Made by a program: the position numbers and the translations under genes. 64,000 bases of DNA from Brevundimonas sp. (lineage in GTDB: Bacteria > Pseudomonadota > Alphaproteobacteria > Caulobacterales > Caulobacteraceae), in NCBI RefSeq assembly GCF_965262535.1, contig NZ_OZ253542.1; one strand, written 5' to 3'. This document shows, one piece after another, positions 60,642 to 64,000 of the stretch. The notes under the pieces were generated by a model. That model did no database searches, was not told the origin of the DNA, and worked only from the letters and a program-made list of their open reading frames with translations. Each line of letters opens with the position of its first letter. The first letter of the stretch is position 1.

Positions 60642-61977
60642 CGCCGCTCGCCTTCAGGATTGGCAGGGGCGTCTGGATCAGGACGCGCGCCGACGCGGCG
60701 TGCAGGCCGACCGCCTCATCGCCCTGTGGGCCGGCGCGGTGCTGGTCCTGATGCTGCTCTATATCTGCATCGGCCCCAATCCCTATCAGCACGAAATCCT
60801 CGTCGATCCCCTGACCGGCGGGGCCGAGGCGTCGCCGGTGAACCGGCTCGTCTGGCTAGGGCTGTTCGGCCTTTCGGCGCCGCTGCTGTGGTTCCGTCGT
60901 CAGGCCCTGCCAGCCATGATGTTGAAGCTGCTGCCGCTTCTGCTCCTGTTCGCCTGGTTCGCCCTGACGACCCGCTGGGCCCTGGACCCCGCCGTCTCCA
61001 CGCGCCGGCTGATCCTCTATGCCATCAATCTCTTGATCTGCGTCGCCATAGCGGTCGGTCTGGGCGACAGTCGGCGATTGCATCTGGCGATGGCGACGGG
61101 GTGCGCGGTGCTGGTCGGCGTGGACATCCTGTCCTGGATCGCGGCGCCCGGCGTGTCGATGACGCCGCTGGGTCTGGCCGCCATCCATTCCCACAAGAAC
61201 ACCCTGGGCGCCGTCATGCTGCTGGCCGGTTTCGTCTGCGGAACCTACGCCTGGTCTCGCACGGACGGGCGGGGGCGCGCCTTCTGGTGGGGCGTCACCG
61301 TCCTGGCCCTGGTGCTGCTGGTCGCCAGCCTGTCCAAGACCAGCATGGGTCTGTTCGCCGCCCTGGCCTGCGCGACGCCGGTCATTGTTTCCCTGATGGC
61401 TCAGCGTCGCATGGTGCGGTGGGGTCTGATCGCCGTCGCCGCCCTCATGGTGGCGGGCGTCGTCTTCGGCTGGCTGGCCTATTGTCTCGTTGTCGGCGCC
61501 GATCCCTGGGCGCCCTTCGCCGGCATCACCTTCACCCAGCGCACCGAAGTCTGGGCCTTCGTCTGGGACGAGTTCGTCAAGCGGCCGATCCAGGGTTGGG
61601 GCTTCGGCTCGTTCTGGGACATCGACCCGACCGTCCAACCCAGCCTGCAGACCGACGCCTGGTTCGCCCAGCCCGACGCCTACACCAACGAAGCCCACAA
61701 CGGCTTCCTGGACCTGGCGGTCACGACCGGCCTGATCGGTCTGACGGGGGCCGTCGTCGTTCTCATGCGCTGGATTTTCGGCGGGCTGATCCTGATCCGC
61801 GACGCCGTGGGCGGCGATCGCGGACGGCTGGGCGCCGCCATTCTGCTGGGCGTCTTTCCGCTGATGGTGTTCGGCCACAACTTCATGGAAAGCAGCTATT
61901 TCACCGCCAACTCCATCTTCGGCACGGTGCTGTTGCTGCTGGGGGTGGAGATCGAGCGGCGCTTCATCCGCGCCTGA
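60634..61977 (+). CDS. Wzy/O-antigen ligase family polymerase (ExoQ-like)
   Basis: Multi-TM; HSHKNTLG, SLSKTS, TQRTEVW, GWGFGSFW, EAHNGFLD. Confidence 0.85.
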   Translation: MTDAARLQDWQGRLDQDARRRGVQADRLIALWAGAVLVLMLLYICIGPNPYQHEILVDPLTGGAEASPVNRLVWLGLFGLSAPLLWFRRQALPAMMLKLLPLLLLFAWFALTTRWALDPAVSTRRLILYAINLLICVAIAVGLGDSRRLHLAMATGCAVLVGVDILSWIAAPGVSMTPLGLAAIHSHKNTLGAVMLLAGFVCGTYAWSRTDGRGRAFWWGVTVLALVLLVASLSKTSMGLFAALACATPVIVSLMAQRRMVRWGLIAVAALMVAGVVFGWLAYCLVVGADPWAPFAGITFTQRTEVWAFVWDEFVKRPIQGWGFGSFWDIDPTVQPSLQTDAWFAQPDAYTNEAHNGFLDLAVTTGLIGLTGAVVVLMRWIFGGLILIRDAVGGDRGRLGAAILLGVFPLMVFGHNFMESSYFTANSIFGTVLLLLGVEIERRFIRA

Positions 61978-63223
61978 GACGCCGGATCAACACGACCAGA
62001 ACCGCCAGCATGGCCGCCGCCTCCAGCGCCTGCCCCGCCGCCGTGCCCAGGATCGCGCCGGCCGGTCCCAGTTGGCCGATACCCCACAGGACCCCGACCG
62101 CCGCGACGGCCGAGGCCGAGGCGTTGGCGATGGCCAGGGCCTTGAACGCCTTCAGGATCTGCAGGCCCGTGCTGACCACCACCTGGACGAAGCCGAACGC
62201 CACGCTGAGCCCCCACAGCGGCAACATCCAGCGGGCGTCGGCGTATTTGCCGTCGAACGCCAGGCCGGTGATCATGGGCCAGGCCGCCCAGACCAAGCCC
62301 GCCCAGATCAGGGCGAAGGCCGCGCCCGCCATGCCCGACATCGTCAGCAGCCGAACATAGCCGCGCCAGTCGCCGGCCTCGCGCCGCGCCACCAGATCGC
62401 TTCTCGCCGCCATGCTCCAGGACGAGGCCAACAGCGGCACGGGGCGCAAAAACGTCTGGCTGAACGACAGCGCCGCCAGCACCCCTGGCCCGTAGGCGGC
62501 GCCCACGGCGAACACATAGAACCGCGCCAGAACTTCGGTGCTCGACACCCCCAGAAACAGCCAGCCGGATTGCCGGCCATACGCGACATAGCCGGGCAAG
62601 GCGCCCATCAGGCCGGCCCACAACCCCCTGCTGGCCCGCGCCAACCCGACCAGACCCACGACCGCATAGGCCGCACCCATCAGGGCCAGCACATGTTCGG
62701 CCTGCAAGGGCCGAAACACCGTGGCCCCCAGCGCCAGAAACGCCGCCGCGACCGCCAGCACCGCGCCCGTCTGGACCGTCGCCGCGGCCGGTTCGCCTCG
62801 GCTGAACAGGGTCAGCCGCACATATTGCTGCAACAGATAGGCGGGCGTGAACAGCACCGTCGCCCACACCCCGAATGGCCCGTCGCCGGTCATCAGCCCG
62901 ACCGCCACGGCGGCGCCGGCCGCGACCGCCAGCCAGAAGCACACCGTGGCGCCGAGCATCAGCCGCTCGGTCTCGAACCGCGCGGCGTCCACGCCCCGAC
63001 CGTTGGGCAAAACCTGCAGATGCGCCACGCTGACCGCGTTCTGCACGCTGGCCAACACATAGGCGACCGAGAACCACAGCACGCAGGCCCCGAACTGTTC
63101 GGGCGTCATCACCCGCCCAAGGACCAGCACCACGCCCAGGTTCAGCAGCGAGAACAGGCCCTGTTCGACGATGGCCGTCAGATAGGGCGACGCGCGGCCG
63201 ATCCGCCCCGCCAGCGCCCTCAT
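61964..63223 (-). CDS. Polysaccharide flippase (Wzx-like)
   Basis: About 12 hydrophobic segments within a polysaccharide locus; EQGLFSLLNLGVVLVLGR start pattern. Confidence 0.7.
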   Translation of the reverse strand: MRALAGRIGRASPYLTAIVEQGLFSLLNLGVVLVLGRVMTPEQFGACVLWFSVAYVLASVQNAVSVAHLQVLPNGRGVDAARFETERLMLGATVCFWLAVAAGAAVAVGLMTGDGPFGVWATVLFTPAYLLQQYVRLTLFSRGEPAAATVQTGAVLAVAAAFLALGATVFRPLQAEHVLALMGAAYAVVGLVGLARASRGLWAGLMGALPGYVAYGRQSGWLFLGVSSTEVLARFYVFAVGAAYGPGVLAALSFSQTFLRPVPLLASSWSMAARSDLVARREAGDWRGYVRLLTMSGMAGAAFALIWAGLVWAAWPMITGLAFDGKYADARWMLPLWGLSVAFGFVQVVVSTGLQILKAFKALAIANASASAVAAVGVLWGIGQLGPAGAILGTAAGQALEAAAMLAVLVVLIRRLRRG

Positions 63224-63921
63224 CGGAAGCGGTTCAGGTCGTAACTGAAGCCGAAGTTGAAGGGCAGGATGCCGTTCAGATATTGCCGGACGAACAGATT
63301 GACCTCCGCGATGGCGCTGCGCGGCACGAAGATCAGATCGCCGGGATGCAGCAGGAAGTCTTGCTGCGGGTCGGTGTTCAGCAGGGCCTTGGCGTCCACG
63401 GTCCGCGACGCCAGCCGGCCGTCGGCCACACGCCGCAGCACCACGACCTTGCCCGTCCCCGCCGTCTCGGCGAATCCACCGGCCGCGAAGATGGCCTGGG
63501 CCGTGTTCATCTCGCCGCGAATCTGAACCACGCCCGGCGTCTTCACCTCGCCTCCGACATAGATCTGCGATGCGCCATAGGTCGACACGCTGATCTGGAC
63601 CTGCGGATTGCGCAGCACGCCGGCATAGGCCTCCGTCAGCCTCTGGCTGGCGTCGCGCACGGTCAGGCCGCCGACCGGAACCGGCCCGATCACGGGAAAC
63701 ACCCCCTGCCCGTCCGGCCCCAGCACCACGTCGGCGTTCAGCCCGTCCTCGACCAGAAAGCCCAGCCGCAGGGCGTCGCCCGCCGCCAGCCGGTATTGAT
63801 AGTCGTCCTGGCCCCAGGGCGCGAAATCATAGGGTTGGGCCTGCCCCCGAACGCCGCCGCCGGAGGCGCAGGCGGCCGAGAACAGCACCAGGGCGATCGC
63901 GATCGTGCGCCAGACGGCCAT
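63220..63921 (-). CDS. Polysaccharide export outer-membrane lipoprotein (Wza/OPX)
   Basis: Lipobox FSAAC; YRLAAGDAL, PDGQGVFPVIG, YVGGEVKTPG, LHPGDLIFVP. Confidence 0.9.
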   Translation of the reverse strand: MAVWRTIAIALVLFSAACASGGGVRGQAQPYDFAPWGQDDYQYRLAAGDALRLGFLVEDGLNADVVLGPDGQGVFPVIGPVPVGGLTVRDASQRLTEAYAGVLRNPQVQISVSTYGASQIYVGGEVKTPGVVQIRGEMNTAQAIFAAGGFAETAGTGKVVVLRRVADGRLASRTVDAKALLNTDPQQDFLLHPGDLIFVPRSAIAEVNLFVRQYLNGILPFNFGFSYDLNRFR

Positions 63922-64000
63922 CGGGGTTCCTTGTCGCGGACCGACTCGCACGCCGCCGCCTGCGCCATCTTTCTGTTTTTCACCGACAATGCCAAGGCCG

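Noticed and set aside
57163-63921. Holdfast synthesis (hfs) locus
   Set aside because: No HfsH-type deacetylase or HfsA/B in view, and the gene order differs; only family-level similarity.

Overview
High-GC alphaproteobacterial chromosome segment. Gene content and protein style suggest Caulobacteraceae, probably Brevundimonas (inference). 1-30.8 kb is mostly core genome: the rpoZ-spoT-(LOG)-pyrE-pdxJ-acpS-lepB-rnc-era...recO string, folK/NYN/UDG, dapA-smpB, a soluble lytic transglycosylase, a BtuFCD-like ABC transporter, RNA methyltransferases, hrpB, an APC permease and tRNA-Leu(TAG). 31-64 kb is accessory-rich: (1) dps; (2) a kdp operon with a TorF-type porin inserted between kdpB and kdpC and two micro-peptides at its head; (3) a complete yjfI-pspA(yjfJ)-gsp / yjfK-yjfL-yjfM PspA/ATP-grasp module split into two divergent units; (4) an MFS-double TetR-TonB receptor-PI-PLC-like cassette; (5) a full GDP-heptose pathway with its own transaldolase and two GHMP kinases; (6) a Wzx/Wzy exopolysaccharide locus that runs off the right edge. 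Sequence-level oddities are a REPIN-like 118 bp hairpin inside the core operon, a probable CUG start for spoT, unannotated kdp micro-ORFs and several operator-like motifs. There is no CRISPR array, rRNA, transposase or integrase. All family assignments come from motif recognition by eye; no database searches were run.
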